Shown here: one piece after another, positions 1 through 13,300 of the stretch
How the letters are laid out: every line of letters starts with the position of its first letter
Position numbering within the stretch: the first letter of the stretch is position 1
Assembly: GCA_964016885.1 (NCBI GenBank)
Contig: OZ024740.1
Location: forward strand, 342,798,001-342,862,000
Direction: 5' to 3'
Source of the DNA: Eledone cirrhosa
Taxonomy: Eukaryota
Length of the DNA: 64,000 bases
Position numbers and translations under genes: made by a program
Notes under the pieces: model-generated
What the model was told of the DNA's origin: nothing
The model's database searches: none
The model's input: only the letters and a program-made list of their open reading frames with translations

Positions 1-167
1 ATAGGGACCCCAGTCCCTATCATCTCATTTCTACAGCTGAGGAAACTGGAGCAATGTGAAATAAAGTGTCTTACTCAAGGAAACAACACATCACCCGGTC
101 TGAGAGTTGAACTCACAGCCTTTTGATTGCAAGGCCAATGCTCTAACCACTAAGCCATGTGCCTCCA
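1..167 (-). mobile_element. tRNA-derived CORE-like SINE, 5' part (same family as 30181-30521), head abutting TA-rich tract
   Basis: Reverse complement matches tggaggcacatggcttagtggttagagc...gagttcaa. Confidence 0.85.
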
Positions 168-517
168 TAATGTATATATATATATATACATTATGTATAT
201 ATATATATATATATACTGTCTGCCATGAGGGTATAAAAAACTTTTAAAAATCTCATCTGGTTCATCTTTGTGATCTAAGATCTAACACTAAGATCCCATC
301 AAACATTCCATCATGTTGTTCCACTCAAAATCCTATCATCTGCACTAAATGCAGCTTGATATGTAAATCAGCAGCTGGATTAAAGTGCCATTTAAGGCAT
401 AACCATGCATTGAACCTTCATAGTTCAATATATGAGGGGAGAGTCCATTATATATATATATATATATTTATTAAAATAACAGATTAAAGTTTATATATAT
501 ATAAAGTTTATATATAT

Positions 518-596
<79 letters not shown>

Positions 597-623
597 TACA
601 TATATATATGTATATATATATAT

Positions 624-2724
624 CATCATCATATTTTATGTCCGTTTTTCCCTGCTTCAAGGGTGAGACGAGTCCTCTTCAGCACAGCATCTCTCCATTC
701 GTGTTGGTATCTTCTGTGAGCCTCAGCGATCTGAGTTCAGCTCTCACCACCTCCGCCCATCTTTTTCGTGGTCTTCCTCTACTGTGTCTTCTTTCCACCG
801 GGATTTCTTGGCACTTATTCACCCAGCGGTCATCTTACATGCACATCACATGGCCATGTCAATGCAGTCGTCTCTCCCACACACTACAGCTTATTCCTCT
901 TATACACAGTTTCACTCTCAACTCATCTATGCTTGGTTATTCACGCACATTGACATTACACATCCATCTGAGCATGCTTGCTTCATTTCTCTCCAGCCAT
1001 CGCACATCCTCTGCAGTTGCTGCCCATGTCTCACTACCATGCAGCATCGCACATCTCACACAGGCATCGTATAACCGACCTTTCATTCTTAGGGAGAAAC
1101 CCTTCGTTGACAACAGAGGAAGCAGCTCCCTAAACTTCTTCCATCCTGTCCTTATTCTAGATACTATGGCCTCGGAGCATCTCCCCTTGCTAATCTGATC
1201 ATCTAGATATCAGAAGCTATCAACTACCTCTATAGATCCTACCTGCATTTGAAAAATGTGCCTATCACTGACACTTCTACTATCAATTTTCCCTGAGCAT
1301 TTACTACATATGAAGTTTTCCCTTCCTGTTAGTTTGCCTGATATCCCATTACACCTCTTGTGTACTCAAGATCTACATTGTGTACATTCTATAGAGTTTA
1401 TGCCAACTCCTTTTCTACATATCGAACATGGCTATTTCCCCGATGGAATCAGAGTTTTGTCCTCTTTCCTACTTATCAACACTTTAGTCTTTGCTAGTTT
1501 TACTCTTAGTCCTCTTGGTTTCAATTGCTGTTTCCATAACTGGAATTTATTCTTTAGCTCCTCTACTCATTTTGCTATAAGTACCAGATCATCAGCATAG
1601 AGAAGTTCCCATGGGCAGCCAGTCTTAAACTTCTCTGTTATGGCTTGGAGAACTATAATGAATAAGAGTGGGCTGAGGACCAAACCCTGATGAACTCCTA
1701 CTTGTATCTGGAATTCCTCACTGAACTCCATTCCTACTCTCACTTTACTGACAGCTCCTCTGTACATAGCTTGCACTGTCTTCACAAGCCATTCCTCTAT
1801 ATCTAGTTTCCTTAGGGACCATCAGATGACAGATTGGGGTACTCTATCAAAGGCCTTCTCTAGATCAACAAAAGCTAAGTATAGTGGCCTATTCTTCTCT
1901 AAGAACCTCTCTTGTAGTTGTTTCACAAAGAAGCGGGCATCTATTGTACTTTTCCCAGGCATAAAACCAATCTCATCTAATTTAACTCTTTCTCTAATTA
2001 GTTGTGCTAGGACTCTTTCTGTCTCTTTTATGCCCCTATAATTGCTCCTCTCCAGAGCATCCCCTTTACCTTTGAAGCAATTTACAAGAATACTGCTGCA
2101 CCAGTCTTTGGGTATGACTCCGCCATATATAACTTCATTGATTATGTGTGCAACCAATTTAGTTCCTACTTCTCCTGATGCCTACTGTATCTCAGCAACT
2201 GTCCCTGATGGTCCAGCGGCCTTACCACTTTTCATTTCCTTAATTGCCTCTTTGACTCTATAGTCGTCAATCTCAATAGCTGGTCCTTCTGTTGGGTCTG
2301 TTGGGGGTAGTTGCTCTCTCTCCCATTCATTCTGAACATTCATCAGTCTCTCATAATGACATTTCCAGGCCTTGTTTTTCTGAGCATCAGTGATGCTAAA
2401 TGCACCAGAATCATTTCAGACACACTTATCTCAAACATCTTGATTTACACTGACACACTGCCTTGCAATGTGGAATACCTCATGTCTCTGATCCTCTCAT
2501 TGCAGAAAATTAGCAAACCTTCTACCCTCAGCTTCCCTGCGTGCTAAGTATACCTGCCGTCTAGCTTCTCTTTTAGTGGCTGAGTATCGGTCTCTACTCC
2601 CACCATTTTTCCAATGCTTCTATGCTTGTCTTTTGTCTTTAATGGTTCTATCTACTGTGCTGTTCCACCACCAAGTCACCTTCTGTCTAGTTGGAGCTTT
2701 ACTCCAGCCACAAGTCTCTTCAGT
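624..2724 (-). mobile_element. Degenerate, 5'-truncated PHD-RTE LINE, subfamily A
   Basis: Fragmented ORFs with [21 protein letters not shown]; (CAT)n tail at 624 next to (TA)n. Confidence 0.9.
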
Positions 2725-5700
2725 GTTTGCAGTAGGTAAAGAAGAGAAAGACTGCTTTTACGAGCAACTTTTACAAACAGCCTCAATGACAGAGGACAGA
2801 GACATCGTTATGCTAGCGGGGGACTTCAATGGACATGTTGGACAGCTCCAGGATGGATACACTGAGGTACATGGAGGGCACGCTTACGGCTCAAGAAATG
2901 AAGAAGGAGTGAGACTTCTTGAATTTTGTGATGCAAATGCATTAACCATTTGTAACACTAACTTCCAGAAGCCTACCAACCACCTAATAACCTATAAATC
3001 AGGCGAGCACATAAGCCAGATTGACTTCCTGCTAGTTAGACAGCGAGACAGACAGATAGTGTCAAATACTAAGGCATACACCAGGGAAGAATGTACCCCA
3101 CAGCATAGGTTAGTCGTTAGTGACATCTCAGTAAGCAAGAGAAAGAATGAGACATACAGGAAGGTGTGGAGAAGAAAGGTCTGGAAGCTAAAAGACCTTT
3201 CACTAAAATATAAATTTAGGAAAGCCCTTCAAGATGTGTATGATGAAAAAGAAGATGATTTAGAGACATATGACATAGATGATAACTGGAATTTTTTGCG
3301 TGACAACTTACTGCAGGCTACTGAAGAAACTTGTGGTTGGGGCAGAGCTTCAACCAGACAGAGAGCGACCTGGTGGTGGAACAGCACGGTAGATAGGACC
3401 ATTAGAGACAAAAGACTGGCATGGAAGGCTTGGAAAAACGGTGGGAGTAGAGAAGGATACACAGCCGCTAAAAGCGAAGCTAGACATCAGGTGTACTTAG
3501 CATGCAGGGAGGCTGAGAGTAGGAGATTTGCCAAGGTTTTGCGACGGGAAGATCAGAGACGTGCGGTGTTCTGCATTGCAAGACAGTGTGTCAGAGCAAA
3601 TCAGGATGTTGTTGGAGATAAGTGTGTCCGGAATGATGCCGGTGTACTTAGTGCCATGAATGATAAAAAAAAGGAGGCCTGGAAATGTCATTATGAGAGA
3701 CTGATGAATGTGGAGAACGAATGGGACAGAGAGAAATTACCCCCAGTAGACCCGACAGAGGAACCAGTTATTGAGATTGATGAATATAGGGTCATCATCA
3801 TCATCATCATCGTCACCTTTTTACATCCGTTCTTCCACGCTAGCATGGGTTAGACGGGTTGTCCTGTTGTGGGCAGTGTCCGGTTCGCTGACCTTGTCTT
3901 GCTCATACGGGAACTGATTCTGGCTTGATTTCTACAGCTGGATGCCCTTCCTAACACCAACCTCATTTACAGTGAGTGCTGGGTGCTTTTTTTCCGTGGC
4001 GCCTACACGTCCACTTTACAGTGTGGGCTGGGTGCTTTTTTGCTGTGGCACCTCCATGACCACTTTGCAGTGAGAGGGTGTGGGGGCATATTGTCTATAT
4101 GCTTCAGCTTCGGCTTGTACCCGTGGGGGGGTCGGGTCTTCTGTATTACTGCATGACGCCAGAGGTCACGGTCATGTGTCATCGCCTTTGAGAGGTGTAA
4201 TTGGGTAAGGTCAGCTTTTATCACCTCATCCTAGGTCTTCTTTAGTCTCCCCACTCCGCGGTTTCCATCGACTTCTACTGCTCTGCACCTTTTTATGCAG
4301 CTGTCATCCTTCATACGCATCTCATGTCCATACCAATGCAACCGCCTCTCCTGCACACAGCATTTGATTCCTCTTATGCTCAGTCTCTCTCTCAATTCAT
4401 TTATGCTTTGCCGTTCGCATATTACACATCCATCGGAGCATGCAGGCTTCGTTTCTTTCTAATCTACGCAAGTCTTCTACAGACAGTGCCCAGGTCTCAC
4501 TACCATGTAACATTGCTGTTCGTATACACGCATCATACAGTCTTCCTTTCATTTTGAGGGAAAAGCCTTTTGCAGCTAGCAGTGGCAGTAGCTCCCTGAA
4601 CTTTTTCCATCCCGTTCTTACCCTAGTTATTGTACTTTCCGAACACCTACCTCCGCTGCTAATTCGGTCACCTAGGTAGCAGAAGCTGTCTACTGTTTCT
4701 ACAAAGCCCTCCCAGAGTTTGGTGGTACTTGTTTCCTGTGGCTGTTTGCTGCTTGCTGTCCCAGCACAGCTGTTACATGTGAAGCCTACATTCTTAGTTA
4801 AACTTCCTGAGATCCTGCTACATCTCTTGTGTACCCATTGTTTGCATTTGGGGCACATAATGGAGTTCCTACCTACACCTTTCCTACATACTGAGCAAGG
4901 CCATTTCCCTGAGACGATCTGGGTTCTGTTTTCTCATCTACTTACAAGGACCTTAGTCTTTGTCAAGTTGACTTTGAGACCCTTTCTTTCTAGTCCCTGC
5001 TTCCAAGTTTGGAATTTCTTCTCTAGTTCTACCATAGATTCAGCTATAAGTGCGAGGTCATCTGCATACAGGAGTTCCCATGGGCATCCAGTCTTAAACT
5101 CCTCCGTTATTGCCTGCAGGACTTTGATGTACAGGAGAGGGCTAAGAACAGAGCCCTGGTGGACACCGACCTGTACGCTAAATTCCTCGCTATACTCATT
5201 GCTAATCCTAACTTTGCTGACTGCTTCCCTATACATGGCTTGTACAGCTTTCACAAGCCATTCATCTACTCCTAGTTTTCTAGAGGTAATTAAGGAAATG
5301 AAGAATGGTAAGGCTGCTGGACCGTCAGGGATAGTTGCTGAGATGCTGAAGGCATCAGGAGAAGTAAACACTAAACTAGTTGCACGCATCATTAATCAAG
5401 CTATATATGGTGGTGTCATACCCAAAGACTGGTGCAGCAGTATTCTCATAAATTGCTACAAAGGTAAATGGGATGCTCTAGAGCGGAGCAATTATGAAAG
5501 TGGCAGAGAGAATATTAGTGCAACTGATTAGAGAAAGGATCAAATTAGATGAGATGCAGTTTGGTTTTGTGCCTCGGAAAAGTACAACAGATGCCCTCTC
5601 CTTAGTGAGGCAACTACAAGAGAGGTTCTTAGAGAAGAATAAGCCATTATACTTAGTTTTTGTTGACCTAGAGAAGGCCTTTGATAGGGTAGAGGAATGG

Positions 5701-6884
5701 CTTGTGAGGACAGTGCAAGCTATGTACAGGGGTGCTATCAATAAAGTGAGAGTAGGAATGGAGTTTAGTGAGGAATTCCAGATACAAGTAGGTGTACATC
5801 AGTGTTCGGTCCTGAGCCCGCTCTTGTTCATTATAGTCCTCCAAGCCATAACAGAGGAGTTTAAGACTGGCTGCCCATGGGAACTTCTCTATGCTGATGA
5901 TCTGGTTCTTATAGCAGAATCAGTAGAGGAGCTAGAGAATAAATTCTGGCTATGGAAACAGCAGTTGGAATCAAGAGGCCTGAGAGTGAACATAGCTAAA
6001 ACAAAAGTGTTGATGAGTAGAAAAGAGGACAATACTCTGATTCCATCGGGGAAATGGCCGTGTTCGATATGTAGGAAAGGAACTGGCATAAATTCCATAA
6101 AATGTACGCAATGCAGATCTTGGGTACACAAGAGATGTAGTGGGATAGCAGGCAAACTAACAGGTAGGGAAAACTACGTATGCAGTAGATGTACAGGGAA
6201 AGTTGACAGTAGTAATCGCAGTGATAGACACATTTTTCCAATGCAGGTGGGTTCTATGGAAGTGGTTGATAGCTTCCGGTACCTAGGTTATCAGATTAGC
6301 ATGGGAGGTGGGGTGTTCCGAGACCATAGTATCTAGAATAAGGACAGGTTGGAAGAAGTTTAGGGAGCTGCTTCCTCTGTTGACTAAGAAGGGTTTCTGC
6401 CTGTGTACGAAAGGACGGTTATATGATGCCTGTGTGAGATGCGCGATGCTGCATGTTAGTGAGACATGGGCAGCAACTGCAGAAGATATGCAACGGCTAG
6501 AGAGAAATGAAGCAAGTATGCTCCGTTGGATGTACAATGCCAATGTGCGTGAACGATCAAGCATAGACGAGCTGAGAAAGAAACTGGGTATAAGAGGGAT
6601 AAGTTGTGGTGTGCAGGAGAGAAGGCTGAGATGGTATGGACATGTGATGCACATAGAGGATGACCGCTGGGTAAAGAAGTGCCAAGAAATCCCAGTAGAA
6701 GGAAGACGCAGTAGAGGTAGACTACGAAAAACATGGGCGGAGGTGGTGAGAGCAGACCTCAGATCACTGAAACTCATGGAGGAGATGATGAAGGACCATG
6801 ACAAGTGGAGAGATGCTGTGCTGAATAAGATGCGTCCCACCCTTGCAAGCAGGGAAAAGTGGACGTAAAATGATGATGATGATA
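2725..6884 (+). mobile_element. PHD-RTE LINE subfamily A (2725-3792 + 5283-6884), split by a nested subfamily B copy
   Basis: AP-endonuclease motifs GDFNGH, IDFLL, QHRLV; reading resumes IDEYRV | EVIKEMKNGK across the insertion; (GAT)n tail. Confidence 0.92.
3793..5282 (-). mobile_element. 5'-truncated PHD-RTE LINE subfamily B nested in the A copy
   Basis: ORFs 4934-5392, 4397-4858, 4003-4224; B-type 3' UTR; (CAT)n tail. Confidence 0.92.
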
Positions 6885-7210
6885 ATAAGTATGGTACTGG
6901 GAAAAACAGGAATGACTAGGCAGGAAGAATTGGTTACAAGAAGAAATTTATTGAGAGGTCATTCTTTAACATATGTTTCTGTACAATAACCATCCACATG
7001 CAATGACTACATAATCCCATGCTCAATTGTATGCATTACGTAATAAATTATTGCACTTCATTAGAAAGAGAAAGATTGTTATAGTTCAAGGCGAGGACGT
7101 TGCATTTTTGCAATAAGTATATATCTTACATATAATGAACACTATGTGTGTTTTTCATTCAATTCTCTTTGAAAAAATAGAACTAATTATCCAGTTTTTT
7201 TTTTTGTCAG

Positions 7211-7315
7211 GTTGCTCCAGGCAAACCTATTTTTGTGATGACTATTGAAGGGAAAGACCAATCTCTACCATCATTAATGTTAAATTCTCATATGGATGTT
7301 GTTCCAGTGGATTTG
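7211..7315 (+). CDS. ACY1: ACY1 exon, 105 nt (VAPGKP...[11 protein letters not shown])
   Basis: tttttgtcag acceptor, gtaaat donor, metal-binding His motif. Confidence 0.95.
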
Positions 7316-10300
7316 GTAAATATTGCTTTCTTGTTGCATTCATTTCAAAATATGTTTATTTATTTACTTGTTTATTTACGTATGCGCTTAGGATCAATAA
7401 GAGGTCAAAGATCCCACGAAGGGGATAATGGTTTTAAAAATTTAGGGATCACTGCCCCATGTGGTCAAGCCAGCAAGGGAGTTTCTGTGGTTGACTGACC
7501 TTCTAAAAATATAAGGCAAATTTCTCCCAAATCACATGCTGCTATCTTAAAATAAGAAAAAGTTGCATTCAAGACGTTCATAGTTAGAATGCTTTTGATC
7601 ACAGGTCTGCTTCATTGGAATTGAGTTGACCTTGAACTAAAGAACAATAACCTCAGTATAATTGAATTTGTATGTTTTCCAGTTTATGATTTATGAATCT
7701 ATGAAGAGATCAAAGATTTTTCACTTTAACTGCTTTAACAAAAAGATTCTCACTTCTTTTAAGTCTTTGCACCAATCAAATATTCACTGTTAATTAGAAT
7801 CGGTAATGATGTACATTATTATTTTATTTTGTTCTTAGGCTTGTTGGAAAGTTGATCCTTTCAGTGCTGAGAAAATGGAAAATGGAGATATCTATGCTCG
7901 AGGATCTCAAGTATGTTTGTTTTAAGTTTTATTTCTATATTGTATTCTTATTTTGGATAAAAAATATCTCATTTATCATCATCATCATCGTTTTTATGTC
8001 CGTTTTTCCAAGCTTGCAAGAGTTGAACTAAGTTGCTACTTCCTTGGCAGCAGTTCTGTGTAAAAGGCTTGAAAAATATATTCAATCTGAATATATTTAG
8101 CATGGAAGATGGACGTTAAATGATGATGATGATGATATGACTATCTTCTGCTACGAGGCACTTTACATCTATGATAATGACAAACATTAATGACAAGATA
8201 GACAAAATCCTTGTAGATAGATATAGGCTTATCTGAAAATGTCATTTGTCAAAAATTGCTGGAAATGTATCCAAAAACAAGCATTATTTTCATAGCTGAT
8301 CCCAAACTAACTCCACAAATTAATGGGCTCTGTATTATTAAATATCTAAATTTCCTCCAAGTACCAATCAGTGACCCAATAAACTGAGTTTATTGTATTA
8401 TTCCACTAGTACCAGATTTAATGGTTCTCTTCTCTCTCTAGGGGTTTATATTTCAGAATAACTATTCTGTGGTAATAATATTTCAGACTAACTATACTAT
8501 TAGTTATATGATCTTTGACACAACTTAAATATCATCACCTCTCCTTTCTGCAAAAGTATAAATGATAAATTGTTTTGTAGTTGATAGAGATTTACTACAA
8601 CAGGGCAGTAGAGGGAAATTCAAAAAAAGGAGCATTAAAAATAGAGGTAGCAGTAGAGAGAGGGAGAAAAAAAATGACATGTTCCATCAAGCAAGAGTTC
8701 TACAAAGCTTAAATGAGACCCACAATGGAATTCTGCTCTCATATCTGGAAAGGTGCTGTTACTGCTGCACACATGAACATTCAAAATGAAGTGCCTTTCT
8801 GGCTGAAGAACACAATACATACTTTTATAAATATATCATTTGAAATAAGCTAGGTTTAATTTCTTAGTGGGGACATTTATGGTTGTAGATATAAAGATTA
8901 ATATTTGCAAATACTTAAGAATCTTATTCAATTGAACGTTGTTTTTTCTTATACTTTACACTTTTATATTTTTAGGACATGAAGTGTGTTGGAATACAGT
9001 AAGTATTAATGTATTTTATAATGCAATTTTTCTTGTCTTTTTTGATGGCTTGTCTTTTTTTATGACCTCTGCATATACATATGGTATTGATGAATGAGAG
9101 AATGAATACTCAATACCATAATAGAGGTTAATAGTTTATAAAGGTCATGTCAGTGGCCTGTTACTCTGGAGTTTAAAGACACAGACAGAGTCGTAATGAA
9201 CTGTATATATATATTGAGCAAAGCTGGTATTGGTTGGACTCCCTCATATGTATGTCTAAATTTGTGTATAAATATACATCTTCAATTAATTTGTTAATTA
9301 CTCCCCTATGGTAGAGTATAAAATTTGGCTGAATTGGACTGCTTTTTTTAGCAGCCTGTTACTTGCCATTATCTACTTACCACTGCCCTTCTGTTGACTG
9401 TTAATCACGTGATAATTCCTCCCTTTGAAATTATCGCTAGTGGTGGATAACTTGGAAGAATTTTGCTTGATTCAGAAGTTTCTGATGAACTGAGACTTCT
9501 CACAGTACACAAAAAACTGTGATTACTTAGTGAAACTGCAGTTGGGACATCAAAGTAAATAGGTAAAATTTTTGTCTTATCTTGTTTACTTTTCCAAAAT
9601 ATAATTTTATATATTGGCATTAGGAAGGGCATCCAGCTGTAGAAACTTAACCAGAAACAGTTCTATATGAGCAAGGCATGTCACCTGACGCAACATGCCT
9701 TTAATGGAACAACCTGTCTAGCTCATGCTCGTGTGGAAAATGGATATTAAACGATGATGATGGTTATGATGATGATGATATCATCATCATCATTACCATT
9801 TTACATCTATTCTTCGATATTAGCGTGGGTTAGACGGGATATATATGTATATTTATAGACACACATAAGATGGGGTAACAAATTTACTCACAAAGCATTA
9901 ATCAGTCTAAAGCTATATATATAGTACAAGGCACTTGCCCAAGATCATGTGATTGTGAAGCAAACTTCTTAACCACATAGCCATGCCTGCATCTTTTATT
10001 ATTAACTATATAGTATGAAAATCTTGTGCATCAGTTGTTAGGTTTGTTATTATATTTGAATGAAACCATTACTCTCTACATATTTTACAGCTCTTATATT
10101 TCCAAAGTAACATTTTTTCTCTTCTTTTTGTTGTATCATGACATTTTTAAAAATTCTTTTAAAACTGATATTTAAAAGTGCTTCATTTTAAATTTCAGTA
10201 AATCAAAGCAAACACGATCTCATTTTTTACATATTTTTTCTGATATCTTCAACAGATACTTGGAAGCTATTCGCCAAATCTTAAACGAAAGAAAGCAATT

Positions 10301-13300
10301 GTTAAGAAATATTCACATAACATTTATGCCAGGTAATTTACTAATTCATCTTTCTCAGTCTACAGAGAAATAGATAAATAAGACACTGCTTAGTGCACAG
10401 TTTAATGAACAATAGCTACATACATTATATGTGGGAAGCCAGTTGGTTGGGCTTCACCATACATCTTGTAATTACTGTTATACTAAAGAAGGATCTCCAT
10501 GAGTTGTAATGGCTAATATAGTAGATATCACTGGCTGATCGTTTTTAAAGGGCAAAGTCAGAGTATATGAGGCGCATTCAGCTAGTACATCGGTACAGGG
10601 TTTGGAGAGTTAAGGAATGGCACAACAGTATTTGAAACTCCTCATCCTAAAAAAAAGCCTCAGCCCTCTTGTGTTTCGAATTTTGAGAGGTGCTTTACTT
10701 TCGCTCTCAGGCCCAAAAGTAGTCTTGTACTACTTTGCAAAATTTCTTTTCGGAGTCACTAAGCATAAGCTGTTTAGTAGCGAGTGTTGTTGTTGCCATT
10801 GTTTTTACTGAATATTGTTAAGTTAGTTAACAGTAAAAAAATTCCTAAACTATTATAGTATATACACAACAAAATCCACTTGTCATAAAGGCATCATCAT
10901 ACTTGCACCTTTTACTTTTTTACATTCTAGTACTGATGTAAAATATGCCAATCTTTCTTGTTGCATATGTCATAATAAAAGTTCTCTCAATATTTTTGTC
11001 AACCCTATTCATTTAATGTTTTTCAATGTTCAGTTGTTTTTTAATATGACATAATTTCTAGCCTATACTTTCTTTTCTAGAGGAAGAAGTTGGTGGTAAA
11101 CTTGGTATGAATTTGTTTGTAAACCGAGAAGAATTTAAGCAGTTGAATGTTGCATTTGTCTTGGATGAAGGTTACTTATATTTTTACTATTTTTATTGTA
11201 AATATGGCAAATGATATTTTTACATATTTGATAAACAAAATGTTTTAATAAAAGTGTCTTGTTCAAGGACACAACATGTCACATGAATATGAATTATTCA
11301 GTTTCATCTACATCTTCTGATGTACATGAAGTACATCTGGAAGTGATGACTAACCTCTTGGAGGCTGAGATCACAAGAGCAATTAAAAATTCAAATGTAC
11401 CAAGTCTGGGGAGGATGAAATTCAGCCTGAGATGTTAAAAGCCTTGAATAGAGAAGGTATTCTCTGGCTGACTTGTATGTGCCAAACGGCATTGATCTCT
11501 GGGAAGGCATCTAACCAATGACAATCAGGAGTGATAATCCCAATTTTCAAAAAGGGCAACAAGAGAGATTGCTCCAATTATAGAGGGATCTTGTTAAGCC
11601 TCCCCAGTAAAGTCTATACTAAGTATCTGGCAAAGAGATGTAGGGAAGTTGTCGAGTCCAAGCTAGCTGATGAACAATGTGGTTTTTGCTCCTGGATACA
11701 GTAGGTTCTTGACAAATCGTGGGAGTATTGCCAAGAGGTGTATGCTTGTTTTGTAGACTCCAAAAAGGCGTATGACTGTGTTCCATAAGATTTCTGGAAG
11801 GTTCTTCAGGAATATGTGATCAATGGACAGCTTCTTGTTGCCCTGATGTCTTTATATGAATGCTCTAGTATTTGTGTTCAGATAAATAGTGCTAAATTGA
11901 AACTATTCAATGTGGGTGTCAGACTCCACCAAGGGTGCATACTGTCACCTCACTTATTCATAATCTTCATGTACAGGATTGACATGCAGCTAGGTAGGTT
12001 AGAAGTAGCATCAAGACAGGCAAATGAATCAGTTGGCTGGAATTTACAGACAATATGGTACTACTTAACTTATCTATCTGATATGCACTTGATAGGTTTT
12101 CTGCTGAATGCTGCATAGCAGGAATGAAAATCAGTGCTGTGAACCCTAAGACACTCATCCTCTCAAGGAAGCTTGAGCAGTGCACTCTATATGTGAGTGG
12201 AGTTCCAGTGGAGCAGGTGGAGAAGTTCAAGTATCTTGGGGCCATGTTAACAAGTGATGGAAGGCAGGAGGCTGAATTAAGTGCAGGAATTGCTGGAGCT
12301 GGTTCAGTGATGTGCCAGCTTCAACATTCAGTAATCAGAAGAAGGGAGGTAGGCATAAAAGCCAAACTCGCTATCTTCAATTCAGTATTCATACCACCCC
12401 TTACCTATGGCCATGAATTTGAGTAATGACTGAAAGAATATAATCGCGAATACAAGTGGCTGAAATGGGGTTTCTCCAAAGGGTCTTTGAAGCAAAGTTA
12501 CTTGATAGAGTATGTAGGTCAGAGAGTTGTTCAAGGTAGAGCCACTACTTCTCTAAACTGAGAGATCACAGCTCTGATACTATGGACATGTGGTCAGAAT
12601 ATTTCAGGAAAGAATCGCTGGACAGATTTTACAAGCTAAACCAACCGAGAGGAGACCCAGAGGGTAGACCCCCAAGCAAGATAGTTGGATAACATCCATG
12701 ACGTTGGTTGGTCTCAATTGGGGATCCAGCCTGATCAGTTGAGGACAGTTGCTTCTGACAGGACATGCTAGAAAGCATCCTTGAGGACTCTGCCCCCATG
12801 ACCCTTCCAGGAATAAGTGGGTGGGGAAAGAGAAAGAAAAAGAAATGATTTAAGATGTCTCATTTTCTACAGGCATATCTATGTTTCTTTATATTTTTCA
12901 ATCTCAGGTTTAGCTAACCCAACAGAACATTTCACGGTTTATTATGGAGAAAGAGAAGCCTGGTGTAAGTAAATCTTATTATTATCATCATTCATCATCA
13001 TCATGTGTCATCATTTTCATGCTAGCATAGGTTGGAGGGGATCATCACAGTCTGAAACTAGATGGGTTGGAGAACCACTTCTTGCTCATATGTTCCATAT
13101 TTTGGCATGGTTTTTACAACTAGCTGCTTTTCCTAATGTCAATCACTTTACAGAGTGTACTAGGTGTGTTTTATTATGGAACTAACACTACCACTTTACG
13201 GGGGGCATTTTATTGTGGCATTAGCACTACCACTTTATAGAGTGTACTGGGTACATTTTATCGAGATACTAGTACTACCACTTTACAGTGTACTGGGTTC

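Noticed and set aside
2576-2760. Twin-priming 5' inversion of a single RTE
   Set aside because: The two opposite-strand parts overlap in element coordinates and differ in sequence, so they are separate copies; the ORF crossing the junction is an artefact.
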